IMG/VR virus record: IMGVR_UViG_3300023179_005186
Coordinates: 124,001-188,000 of that record
DNA: 64,000 nucleotides
Strand: one strand, 5' to 3'
The notes under the pieces are model-generated. The model had not been told where the DNA came from, made no database searches, and saw nothing but the letters and a program-made list of their open reading frames with translations. The position numbers and the translations under genes were made by a program. Below, one piece after another: positions 12,201 to 22,137 of this stretch (position 1 is its first letter; each line of letters opens with the position of its first letter).

Positions 12201-15200
12201 ATCAGTCAATATTAATATATAATATGTTAAATGAAAATAAAAACTTTATACATTTAGATAATCATTCTGCGACATACTTGGCTACAATAACAAAAGTATT
12301 TTTAAATGGTGAATGGATTGGTATGACAGATAATCCAGATGATTTATATCAAGAATTACGAACTTTAAAACAGAATGGTATTATTTTAAGAACAAATGGT
12401 ATAACTCTCGATTATACAAGAGGTGAAATAAGAATTTATACAGAGTCTGGGCGTTTATACAGACCGGTATTTACTGTTAAAAATAATAAATTATTAATGA
12501 CGGATAAGATAATTGATGATATTTGCAAGGATTCAAAATTAAAAGGATTAAATAAATTTGATGCATTAATTACTAAATATCCAGAAACAATTGATTATTT
12601 AGATATGGAAGAACAGTTTTATGCATTAGTTGCAGATTATAAAGATAAAGTTTTAGAAATGAAATCTAGAGAATTAAATGTATTTGATGATACAAACGAA
12701 CCTATTATTAATCGTTATGATAAATCAATGATTATGAAATATACTCATTGTGAATTTCATCCAACTGTTATCCTTGGTATTATTGCTGGAAATATTCCTT
12801 TTGCAAATCATAATCAAGGACCAAGAAATATTTTTCAGTATGCACAAGGTAGACAAGCGATGGGTATTTATTCAAGTAATTATCGTGATAGATTGGATAT
12901 TTCATATATTCTTTATCATACACAAAAACCGTTAGTAAATACTAAGATAGCAAAATATGTCCACACAGATATTTTACCTTGTGGTGAAAATGCTGTAGTA
13001 ATGATCGGATGTTATACAGGATATAATCAGGATGATTCTATTATATTTAATCAAACATCTATAGATCGTGGATTATTTAGATCTACATCACTTAAAAAGT
13101 GGAGTTCAAAGATTGAGAAAAATCAATCTACATCACAAGATGATATATTTATGAAACCAGATATTTCAAAACTTACAGGAACAAGACATGCTGTTTATGA
13201 TAAATTAAATGACAAGGGATATGTTCCTGAAGAAACTGTTGTTGAAAATGGAGATGTAATTATTGGAAAAGTAACTCCAATACAACCAGCTCCAGGATCT
13301 AACAAATGTTTTAAAGATTCTTCTGAAATCTATAAATCTCAAGAAACTGCTATAATCGATAAAGTTTTTACGGGAATACATGATTCTGAAGGTTATGAAA
13401 TGATTAAAATTAGAACAAGATCCGAAAGAATTCCAAAGACAGGAGATAAATTTTGTTGTTTTAGCCCAGATCATGACATTTTAACAGAACGTGGTTGGAT
13501 TGGAATAAGTGAAGTAACAAATATGGATAAAGTTGCTTGTTTAAATTATGGAATATTAGAATATAATAATCCAATTCAAGTAATGAATTATGATTATGAA
13601 GGTAAAATGTACTTATTAGATGCATATCAAGTAAATTTAAAAGTAACTCCAAATCACAGAATGTATGTTAAAAAAATAAATTCTGAAAATTATAATATAG
13701 AATTAGCAGAAAATATATTTAATCAGACAAGAATATATAAAAAAAATGCAAATAATTATTTAAATAATGATAAACATCAATTATTAAGTTACTATAATGA
13801 GACTTTAAAAATTAATGTTCACTATCCAACTGGATTTATTCTTAAAAATAATGAAGATATTAATGATATTAAAATATTAGATATTAATGCATGGTTATCA
13901 TTTTTTGGAATATGGATGGCGGAAGGATTTGCTGCTAAAACAGCAAGATCTTTACAAGTAAGTTTTGCCGCTCATAAAAAACGAGTTAAAGATGAGTTAA
14001 CACGTGTTTGTAATATTCTTGGTTATGAAATTAATAAAAAAAAAGATAAATCGTACTCACTAGAAGAAGATATTTGGATAATATCTGATAAAAAGTTGAG
14101 GAAGTATATGGAACCCTTGAGTGTTGGTGCTGTGAATAAATCATTACCAGATTGGGTATGGTATTTAACAAAAGAACAATGTAATTTATTAATTGATGGT
14201 ATGATGTTAGGTGATGGTTATAAAATTAAAGGAACAACTACACGAAGATATGATACATCATCATTAAAATTAGCAAATGATTTTCAAAAACTATGTTTAC
14301 ATGCTGGAATTTGTTGTAATTTAAAACTTAAATATAAAGCTGGTAATGAAACTATTATTAAAACTCCTGGTAGAGAAGGAGAAAAAATAAAATCAACAAG
14401 AGATGCGTATAGATTAACTATTATTTCAAAATCAGAACAAACAGTAAATATTAATAAATTTAATGATTCTTATATTGATTATAAAGGTAAAGTTTATTGT
14501 TGTAGTGTTCCAGGTGAAGGAATAATTTATGTTAGAAGAAACGGGATTCCAATTTGGTGTGGAAACTCGAGACATGGGCGAGTAACTTTTACCCATAACA
14601 GGAGGCTGTGGAATCGTGAGGTTCCAATTCAAGTATTGAATTAACAATACACAGTGTTACCTTCTAGTCGGCAATATCGTCGGGCTAATATTGAATTTTT
14701 CAATATCAAGTGATGATATTGTGGTACGTCAGAGACATCTGATACCTAGGATAGTATAATCATACTATTTGAACAGGCAAGAATTGTGAAAACGGTCAAA
14801 ATCTCAAGAAAACCTTTGAGACAAGACCGTCGGTGTAGTAAAGTCGCGAGGCTTTATGATATCGCGATCGACTGGGTCACAGTTCGGTGAAGTTATAAAT
14901 TAACTTTGCTTAATGTACAGTCAGCCCCCGTGGTGATACGGTGCTACAATGATCAGGATATATTGAAAAGATATTCTAGGGAAGTTGTAGGTTAAACAAG
15001 ATATATATTTACTTGTTTAATGATTAGCGAAAAAGGTACTATCGGTCTAACTTTACATCAATCAGACATGCCCTTTACTAAAGAGGGTATTAGTCCAGAT
15101 TTAATTATTAATCCAAATGCGATCCCGAGTGAAATTCGCTCATGTGGTCTAGCAATAGATTGCAAGTCTCTTATTTATAAAATAAGAGGCAACACTTTCA

Positions 15201-16845
15201 AATTGCGGGAAAGTCGTCAATAAGTATACAAATAAAATTGTCTTAAAAATAAAAATATATTATTAAATAATAAAATGTTAAGAGTGTGCAAAATATGTAA
15301 TATTGAAAAAGATATTAATGAGTTTAGATGCAAACTTGTTAAAACTTAAAAGTAAATGATCCTGAAAAATATAAAGAAATAAAAACTAAACAATCTAATA
15401 GAGACAAAAACTACTATGATAATAATAAAGATAGAGTTAATCAAAGAAATGTTTTAACTGGACAAATATTTCACCATTATTAGCATCTGAAAACAGAAAA
15501 AAAATAATAAAATATATGATACACATATTTTAAGACAAGAATTAAGAGTATACTTATTTAAACAGATTATGGATACCGCATCTATATCTAGCGATATAGA
15601 GTAGCAGGTGGTATAATGGCCATCGGATGGTAAAAACTCCATGATACACGGTGACAATCCGCAACCAAGATTTCCAATAATGGGAATAAGGCTCAGAGAC
15701 TAGACGGAAGTGGGCTTGTTTTATTTTAATAAGACAGGCTTAAGGTATAGTCCACCCCCTAATGAAAGTTAGGGGATTAAGTGAGAATGACGATCGCACA
15801 ATTAATTGAATGTTTAATTGGAAAAGTTGCTGCAATTAAAGGTTTAGAAACAGACGGCACATCTTTTAACCAAATAGATATAGAAACAATAAAAAATGAA
15901 TTAGAAAAATTAGGTTATGAAAAAAATTGTAATGAATACTGTTATAATGGTATGACAGGTCAAAGACTTAAAATACCAATGTTTATTGGTCCTACTTATT
16001 ATCAAAGATTAAAACATCTAACCGCTGATAAAATACATTGTTTAACAGGTGATCATGATGTTTTAACAGAAAATGGATGGATAAATATTCAAAATATAAC
16101 TAAAGAAATAAAAGTTTTAACTTTAAAGTCAGATATAGAATTATATGATTATCCAAATCATGTTTATAAATATGAAGATTTAAATGAAAAAATTCTGTAT
16201 CATGTTAAAAATGAAGATATTGATACAATTATGACTGAAGAACATAGAGTTTATATTAATAATAATTTATTAATTAAAATAAATCAACTTGATCATAAAA
16301 ATAATACAATATATAAATGGTATAATAGAAGTAGTTCATTTAATGTTAATCATACTACTGATATCACTATTTATCAATCTAAAGATAATGTTTATTGTTT
16401 AAGTGTTCCAAGTGAAATATTTTATGTTAGAAGAAATGGTAAAGAGTTTTGGACTGGTAATTCTAGAGCTCGAGGACCAAATACAATGCTTACACATCAA
16501 CCACCAGAAGGTAGATCAAAAGATGGTGGATTACGTTGCGGTGAAATGGAGCGTGATTCAATTATAGCACATGGAATGAGTAAATTCTTAAAAGAAAGAT
16601 TTTTAGATGTTTCTGATGCTTACTCATGTTATGTATGTGATATTTGTGGTTTATTCGCACAGCGTGATAAAAAGAAAGATAACAAAACAGTACCACAAAA
16701 TACAGATATTTACAAATGCATTAATTGTAAGAATAAAACAAAAATTTCAAAGGTAATTATTCCTTATGCATTTAAATTACTAATTCAAGAATTAATGTCA
16801 ATGAACATTGCACCAAGAATTAGAACTAAACAATATAGTTTATAA
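9299..16845 (+). CDS. RPB2: RNA polymerase second-largest subunit; exons 9299-14579, 15030-15130 and 15784-16845; three inteins
   Basis: Motifs [56 protein letters not shown] and [11 protein letters not shown]. Joined exons give 6444 nt (2147 aa); removing 954 aa of inteins leaves 1193 aa, a normal RPB2 size. Confidence 0.95.
10787..12115 (+). mobile_element. Intein 1 in RPB2 (443 aa) with a degenerate LAGLIDADG endonuclease
   Basis: GFL|CLTGDTEV...CTPDH...VYDFET...YTSN|CPVESPE. Both LAGLIDADG-like helices have Asn at the acidic position (NIANG, IAGNG). Confidence 0.93.
13457..14566 (+). mobile_element. Intein 2 in RPB2 (370 aa) with a LAGLIDADG endonuclease
   Basis: GDKFC|CFSPDHD...VTPNH...FFGIWMAEG...[10 protein letters not shown]...WCGN|SRHG. 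Confidence 0.93.
14580..15029 (+). mobile_element. Group I intron 1 in RPB2 (450 nt, ORF-less)
   Basis: Removal restores H-G-Q-K-G-T (ggg c|aa aaa ggt) and the intron ends in G. P1 atgggc/acccat; P7-like gactg...cagtc in atcgactggg / taatgtacagtcag; acggtc/gaccgt stem. Confidence 0.88.
15131..15783 (+). mobile_element. Group I intron 2 in RPB2 (653 nt)
   Basis: Removal restores IPS|RMT. The exon ends in U paired with G15138 (gagt/gctc) and the intron ends in G. Classic P (aaattgcgggaa), Q (aatccgcaacc), R (tcagagacta) and S (aaggtatagtc) elements. Confidence 0.93.
15275..15503 (+). pseudogene. Decayed intron-encoded HNH/Zn-finger homing endonuclease
   Basis: [17 protein letters not shown]...stop (15275-15349) and, in another frame, [18 protein letters not shown] (15450-15503); the central part is missing. 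Confidence 0.7.
16039..16461 (+). mobile_element. Mini-intein 3 in RPB2 (141 aa, no endonuclease)
   Basis: DKIH|[14 protein letters not shown]...MTEEH...VYCLSVP...[11 protein letters not shown]|SRARGP. Confidence 0.93.
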
Positions 16846-16881
16846 GCTTAAATATTAAAGTATAATTTAAAAAATTTTTAT

Positions 16882-16912
16882 ATAAATAATTTATTTAATA
16901 TAAATTATTTAT
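16882..16912 (+). terminator. AT-rich 3' hairpin after RPB2
   Basis: ataaataatttat...ataaattatttat-like inverted repeat; consistent with the mimivirus hairpin polyadenylation rule. Confidence 0.55.
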
Positions 16913-16957
16913 TTAATCCACCCATTAAATAAATTTTATATAACATAATTCTATATT

Positions 16958-17272
16958 ATGACCGGTTGTTCAATTACACCTAAAACTTTTCAAATCGCTG
17001 TTAATACTGTTGCTGATGGTTTATTAGTAGATAAACTTAAAACATTTGTATTAGATATTTTAGTTAAAATTCAAGATCTAATTATATGTGTTACTGGTAT
17101 TGATATTCTTCTACTTTTACAATATTTAACTATTCTAGCTGTTATTGTATGGTTATACAACTTAATTAAAAATGTTGTTGAAACATACCTATGTTGGTTT
17201 AAGTGCAAGCCATCACATAAAAGTTCTACACATTCACATTCAGATAATGATAGTGATTGTGATTGTCATTAA
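16958..17272 (+). CDS. Small membrane protein with His/Cys/Asp-rich tail
   Basis: 104 aa; TM segment followed by CKPSHKSSTHSHSDNDSDCDCH. Confidence 0.7.
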   Translation: MTGCSITPKTFQIAVNTVADGLLVDKLKTFVLDILVKIQDLIICVTGIDILLLLQYLTILAVIVWLYNLIKNVVETYLCWFKCKPSHKSSTHSHSDNDSDCDCH

Positions 17273-17345
17273 TTAATTATTTATTTATATTAGTTCATAT
17301 TCAACTAATATTTTTTTATTTTTTTATTTTTTTATTTTAGATATA

Positions 17346-18062
17346 ATGAAAAAAATATTATCAAAAGAAATATTTTTTAATATAAATAATATTTCACATG
17401 AATATAAAAAAATTGTTAATAACTTTGATAATGTTATTCAATTAAAAGAATGTAAAATTTGTCTTAGTGAAAATTCAGAAAATCAACTAATAAGTCCTTG
17501 TTTATGTAAAGGATCTTTACAATATGTACATATAAATTGTTTAGAATATTATCATTATAAATACAAGAAAGATATTTCTAAGTGTGAAATATGTGGATAT
17601 GAATATCAACAAAAATCTAAATATAATTATCAACTAATTTACAAATTAACATATATTTATTATACAGTAATTTTTATAAATATTTTTACAACAATATTTT
17701 TATTTGACAGTGATATATTTTCTTTTATAATTATTGGATTATTTTTATATTTATTTAAGATTATATTTGAATTTAATAATTTTTATAAATACAATATAGA
17801 TGTATACTTACCAGAAAAATATAATCTAACGGAATCTGATTATAGAATTTTACTTAATATTTATAAAAATCATTTAGTTATTAGTTATATTTTAGTTATA
17901 ATATATAAAGTTTTTATACAAAATAATATAATTTATACATTATTAAATAAAAATATTTATAAAATTTATTATCTTTTAATTAGCTTATTTTTTTTGATTT
18001 ATATAAATAAATTTATAATCTCTAAATCAAAATATTTTATAATTATAGATAGAAATAATTAA
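17346..18062 (+). CDS. RING-variant (MARCH-like) membrane E3 ubiquitin ligase
   Basis: CKIC...SPCLCKGSLQYVHINCL...CEIC (C4HC3) followed by TM helices. Confidence 0.88.
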   Translation: MKKILSKEIFFNINNISHEYKKIVNNFDNVIQLKECKICLSENSENQLISPCLCKGSLQYVHINCLEYYHYKYKKDISKCEICGYEYQQKSKYNYQLIYKLTYIYYTVIFINIFTTIFLFDSDIFSFIIIGLFLYLFKIIFEFNNFYKYNIDVYLPEKYNLTESDYRILLNIYKNHLVISYILVIIYKVFIQNNIIYTLLNKNIYKIYYLLISLFFLIYINKFIISKSKYFIIIDRNN

Positions 18063-18129
18063 ATATTTTTTGTTATTAATTATTTATTACCCAGTAATAA
18101 ATTTAAAATATAATATAATTTTATATATA

Positions 18130-18462
18130 ATGTTTTTAACAGAAGTTTGGGATGGATTATCAGATCTTGCAACATTACCTACAAAAGCATTCACTTTAGC
18201 ATTACAACATGCTATAACAAAACAAGTTGCTTCCTTTTTAGGAGAGTTTCTTGGAATTTTTGGATTAGCTATTGATTGTAACATTTTATTAATTTTAGCA
18301 TTTGTTTTAATTGCTGTCATTGCTTTATGGGTAATTAATTGGGTAATTAGTTTATTTAAACATCATGACCCTTGTGATTCATGTAGTATTGTTGACTGTA
18401 ATGAATCAAGTTGTTGTGATTTCAGTGAAGAATTTGAATGCGATTCTTCTTTATTAGAATAA
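18130..18462 (+). CDS. Small membrane protein with His/Cys/acidic tail
   Basis: ATG at 18130; TM segment followed by HHDPCDSC...CCDF; resembles 16958-17272. Confidence 0.7.
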   Translation: MFLTEVWDGLSDLATLPTKAFTLALQHAITKQVASFLGEFLGIFGLAIDCNILLILAFVLIAVIALWVINWVISLFKHHDPCDSCSIVDCNESSCCDFSEEFECDSSLLE

Positions 18463-18503
18463 TTTTTTAATATCTTACTAAAATAACTATTTAATTTAGT
18501 AAA

Positions 18504-19739
18504 TCAATTTATTTTTACACATTGTGTTAATTTAGGTGGAACTAAAAATTCAAAAATATCAAAAGGTGAGTCAGATTTCTTAATTTTTTTTTCTAAATCT
18601 TTTATTGAATTTTTATCAAGTTTATCTTTTGATATATAATAATAATCTTCTATACTATAATCGTAAAATTTAACTAAAAACCATATATACATAACAGAAT
18701 GAGTTAATCCAGTATATACTATAGACTTTTTAATTTGATCTTTTTCTAATAATCTTCTTAGAAAAAAACAATCCATAAATACACTACCCATTTTTATAAT
18801 AATTAATTGTAATTTATTAGTTTCATTTAAAATATTTTCCCATTGTTTATCATATTCAAAAAAATCAATACCATAACCAATATACTTTGATTTTAATTCC
18901 AATTTATTATTTAAAACAATATCCTTAACTATTAAATCTTGTTGAATATGTGATTTATCTAATGATATATATATATCTGATACTATTTTAATTAAATCTT
19001 TAATATATAATACTAATTTTTCAGATAATTTTATGTAATTTTCTTTAAAATATTTAGTAATATTATTTTTTAATTCTTTATTAGTATATTTATTTAAAAT
19101 TTTATCTAATAATTCTGCAAAACCAAAAGTTAATATTTTATCTAAACTATAATCTTTAGAATCATTATTTTTTTTTAAAGTTATATTAATTAAATCGATT
19201 GATTCATAATTAATTTTTGAATGAAGTGTTAATTCAATATAATTATTTACTAATTCTAATATTAAATTTATTTTTTTTAGTTTTTCAATAATAAATAAAA
19301 TATTATCTAATTTATTACTTTTTAAAATTGAAATTATTTCATCAACAATATTTGTAATATCATATATATAACCATAGTCTCTTACATCTATAAAATGTAA
19401 TCGAATATTTGAATTTGGTTTAGACTGATTTTCAGCATAAATTTTTTTAAATATTTTTTTTGTTTCAGTTATATAATTATCATTTGAATAATATTTGTTC
19501 ATATTGTTAATTTCACTTGGTACTATTTCAAGAAAAAAATCTAATGGAACTTTCGTTTCTTTTAATTCATTATATATATACATGTTCACATCTTTAGCAT
19601 CATATTCTTCACATTTTTTTTGTTTATCAATTGGTACATGATAATCCATTAAAATAATCACCCTTTTATTTTTTTCTTTGTTATATATTTTTATATAATT
19701 AACAGGTCCATTAATAAATATCTCCTTATTATTACTCAT
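18504..19739 (-). CDS. Conserved-type NCLDV hypothetical protein
   Basis: INGPVNY...ILMDYH...DFFLE...DVR...YTGLTH; paralogous pattern to 20171-21238. Confidence 0.75.
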   Translation of the reverse strand: MSNNKEIFINGPVNYIKIYNKEKNKRVIILMDYHVPIDKQKKCEEYDAKDVNMYIYNELKETKVPLDFFLEIVPSEINNMNKYYSNDNYITETKKIFKKIYAENQSKPNSNIRLHFIDVRDYGYIYDITNIVDEIISILKSNKLDNILFIIEKLKKINLILELVNNYIELTLHSKINYESIDLINITLKKNNDSKDYSLDKILTFGFAELLDKILNKYTNKELKNNITKYFKENYIKLSEKLVLYIKDLIKIVSDIYISLDKSHIQQDLIVKDIVLNNKLELKSKYIGYGIDFFEYDKQWENILNETNKLQLIIIKMGSVFMDCFFLRRLLEKDQIKKSIVYTGLTHSVMYIWFLVKFYDYSIEDYYYISKDKLDKNSIKDLEKKIKKSDSPFDIFEFLVPPKLTQCVKIN

Positions 19740-19780
19740 TTTAATAATATTATTTACTATAGAATATTTTATTTAATTCT

Positions 19781-20116
19781 TTAATAATTAAATATTAGAT
19801 TTTTAAATATTATTTTTAAGGACATTACCAAAATTATTATTATTGTTGTTATTACATTAGATATTCCGTAATAATCAGTTATATTATATATGGAATTATA
19901 AAAATTATAAAGATAATCAGAATATACAATTTTATCAGTTTGTTCTTTTTTTTCATTTATATCCAAAAATTTAACTTTATTTTTGTTTAATTTTTTATTT
20001 TCTAAATTATTAATTTGAAAATCTTCTGATTTTATAGAAAACTCATTTGAATGTTCTATTAATTGATTTGTTGAGAAAAAATTTATATCTTTTAAATAAT
20101 TTATTAAACTAGTCAT
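19781..20116 (-). CDS. Hypothetical protein with C-terminal TM segment
   Basis: 111-aa ORF. Confidence 0.55.
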   Translation of the reverse strand: MTSLINYLKDINFFSTNQLIEHSNEFSIKSEDFQINNLENKKLNKNKVKFLDINEKKEQTDKIVYSDYLYNFYNSIYNITDYYGISNVITTIIIILVMSLKIIFKNLIFNY

Positions 20117-20170
20117 TTATATATTAATATATAAATATATTTTTTTATATTAGAGCATGACATATCTATA

Positions 20171-21238
20171 TTATAAATATTTATTATGTACTTCAATACA
20201 ATTTGAATATTTTATATTTGATTTTATTTTATCTATAGTTGTTACACCAATATCATAAATAATTTTATAATCATAATAGTTTGTTAAAATATATTTTATA
20301 TTCATTGCATGAAAAAAACCAGAATTTATTAAAATTATATCACTTTCCAAATAATTAGTTAAGATTATTGTATAAAATTCCATAATACTATTTATTATAT
20401 GATCAAATAAATCTAATACATTATATTCAAATATAGATGTTGAATATGGAAAACCAACATCAACAGAATATTCTAATTTTGTTAAAGTATTTATAAAATC
20501 CTTTATTAATACTTTTTTATTAGGCAATACATATTTTATTAATAATAGTTCAACTGCAGATTTTAATTTTATATAATAATCACTATTTTTAAATACATCA
20601 AAAACTTTCTTAATCCACATTATATTTGTATCAGATTCTGATAAATTTGAATAATCAATTGTTGAATTTAAATTTTTAACCAATTCATTTGATTTGTTTA
20701 ATTTATTTAATAAAGATAATTTATAAAAATCTTCTAAACTAATTAAATTAAATATAAAAAGTATATTTCTAAAATAATTAGGTGTTAAGTAATTTATACT
20801 TTCAAAATAACTATCATTATTATAATTTATAATCATTTCATCTATTGATACATCAAATAAACATAATCTAATATCAATCGGAAATGTTTTACATATTTTT
20901 GTATAATAACATTTTTTTTTAGATTCAGCATAATGTTTTCTAAATTTAATAATATGAGTTGAATCATCCCAAAGACTTAAAATTTTAGTTTCAGATGATA
21001 TTAATGGTTCCTCTAATAAAAACATAATATTTTGATATTTATTTTCTAATTTATGATAAATTTCATCTAAAAAATTTATATTTCCACTACAATATATTTT
21101 ATTAGAATGATCATCAAAAAATAAATATATTTTTTTATTCATTTTTGAATTAAATAAAATTGTTAATCCTATCGCTCCTGATATTTTAGTTATATCAGAT
21201 TTAACAATTTTATATTTTGTTAATAAATTATTATTCAT
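20171..21238 (-). CDS. Hypothetical protein, paralog of 18504-19739
   Basis: ISGAIG...LFFDDH...FLLEE...DIR...SGFFH. Confidence 0.75.
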   Translation of the reverse strand: MNNNLLTKYKIVKSDITKISGAIGLTILFNSKMNKKIYLFFDDHSNKIYCSGNINFLDEIYHKLENKYQNIMFLLEEPLISSETKILSLWDDSTHIIKFRKHYAESKKKCYYTKICKTFPIDIRLCLFDVSIDEMIINYNNDSYFESINYLTPNYFRNILFIFNLISLEDFYKLSLLNKLNKSNELVKNLNSTIDYSNLSESDTNIMWIKKVFDVFKNSDYYIKLKSAVELLLIKYVLPNKKVLIKDFINTLTKLEYSVDVGFPYSTSIFEYNVLDLFDHIINSIMEFYTIILTNYLESDIILINSGFFHAMNIKYILTNYYDYKIIYDIGVTTIDKIKSNIKYSNCIEVHNKYL

Positions 21239-21335
21239 AACTCTTAATATATAAACAATTATATTATTTTTTTATAAATAAATATAAAAAAATTTGTGTA
21301 ATTATATACTTTTATAAATTTATTTCTAATAAATT

Positions 21336-22016
21336 TTATGTTTTTGCCTTGTTATCCTTTGACTTTACAACTAAGCGATAAGCAGTATTTTCAACAGTCA
21401 TAACTGAAGGTCTAATTATTTTTACTATATCTCCTGGTTTCATATTATAATACTTTGCAACTGGATCAGTAGTTCTTATAATCATCATATCTCTTTTTTT
21501 GGCACGATATGCTTGTAAAACATTATCGGTTTCTTCCTTAGATAATACAATGTGTGTAGGTACTAAAACATGTTCTACAATATTAATCATCAAATGATTT
21601 ATTTTAAAAACTTCAGTTTGAGTATCATAACTTTCAATTATATTTTCTGATTTTTGATTTATATCTTGAACAATTAATATTTTATATTCTGTATCATATT
21701 TACTTATAAACTCACCAATTGGTGAGTTTTTATTTACTGAAGTTATTTTATAATCAAATATTTTAACATAAATTTTTTTATTTTTTATTGTTGTGTTATA
21801 ATTGGAATCATTATCTAATTCTATCATATATTCTTGATCATCATTATCATCTTTTATTATTTTTTTAATAATTTTTTCCATTGATTCTTTATTAATTAAA
21901 TATCTATTATGCAATATTTTAATTAAATTTATTTTTACTTCATTTATTTGTTGATAATGACTTTTTTCAATTGGCAATAATTCAGGAATAAATGAATTTA
22001 TATCTATATTTGACAT
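21336..22016 (-). CDS. RPB5: RNA polymerase subunit 5
   Basis: NIVEHVLVPTH...DPVAKYYNMKPGDIVKIIRPS...YRLV. Confidence 0.93.
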   Translation of the reverse strand: MSNIDINSFIPELLPIEKSHYQQINEVKINLIKILHNRYLINKESMEKIIKKIIKDDNDDQEYMIELDNDSNYNTTIKNKKIYVKIFDYKITSVNKNSPIGEFISKYDTEYKILIVQDINQKSENIIESYDTQTEVFKINHLMINIVEHVLVPTHIVLSKEETDNVLQAYRAKKRDMMIIRTTDPVAKYYNMKPGDIVKIIRPSVMTVENTAYRLVVKSKDNKAKT

Positions 22017-22058
22017 TTTATATAATACTATATGTTAAATATATTTTATATATTTAAA

Positions 22059-22101
22059 TCAATTTTTTACTTAACTAATATGACTAGCTAGTAAAAATTG
22101 A
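22059..22101. promoter_or_regulatory. Divergent AAAATTGA promoters (RPB5 and ORF 22138)
   Basis: TCAATTTT at 22059-22066; AAAATTGA at 22094-22101. Confidence 0.75.
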
Positions 22102-22137
22102 TTTTTATTTATAAAAACTAGATATAACCAAGAAATA

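Noticed and set aside
15020-16845. Separate genes at 15020-15223 and 15781-16845, and an RPB2 stop at 14644
   Set aside because: These are RPB2 exons; the apparent starts and stops lie in intron sequence.
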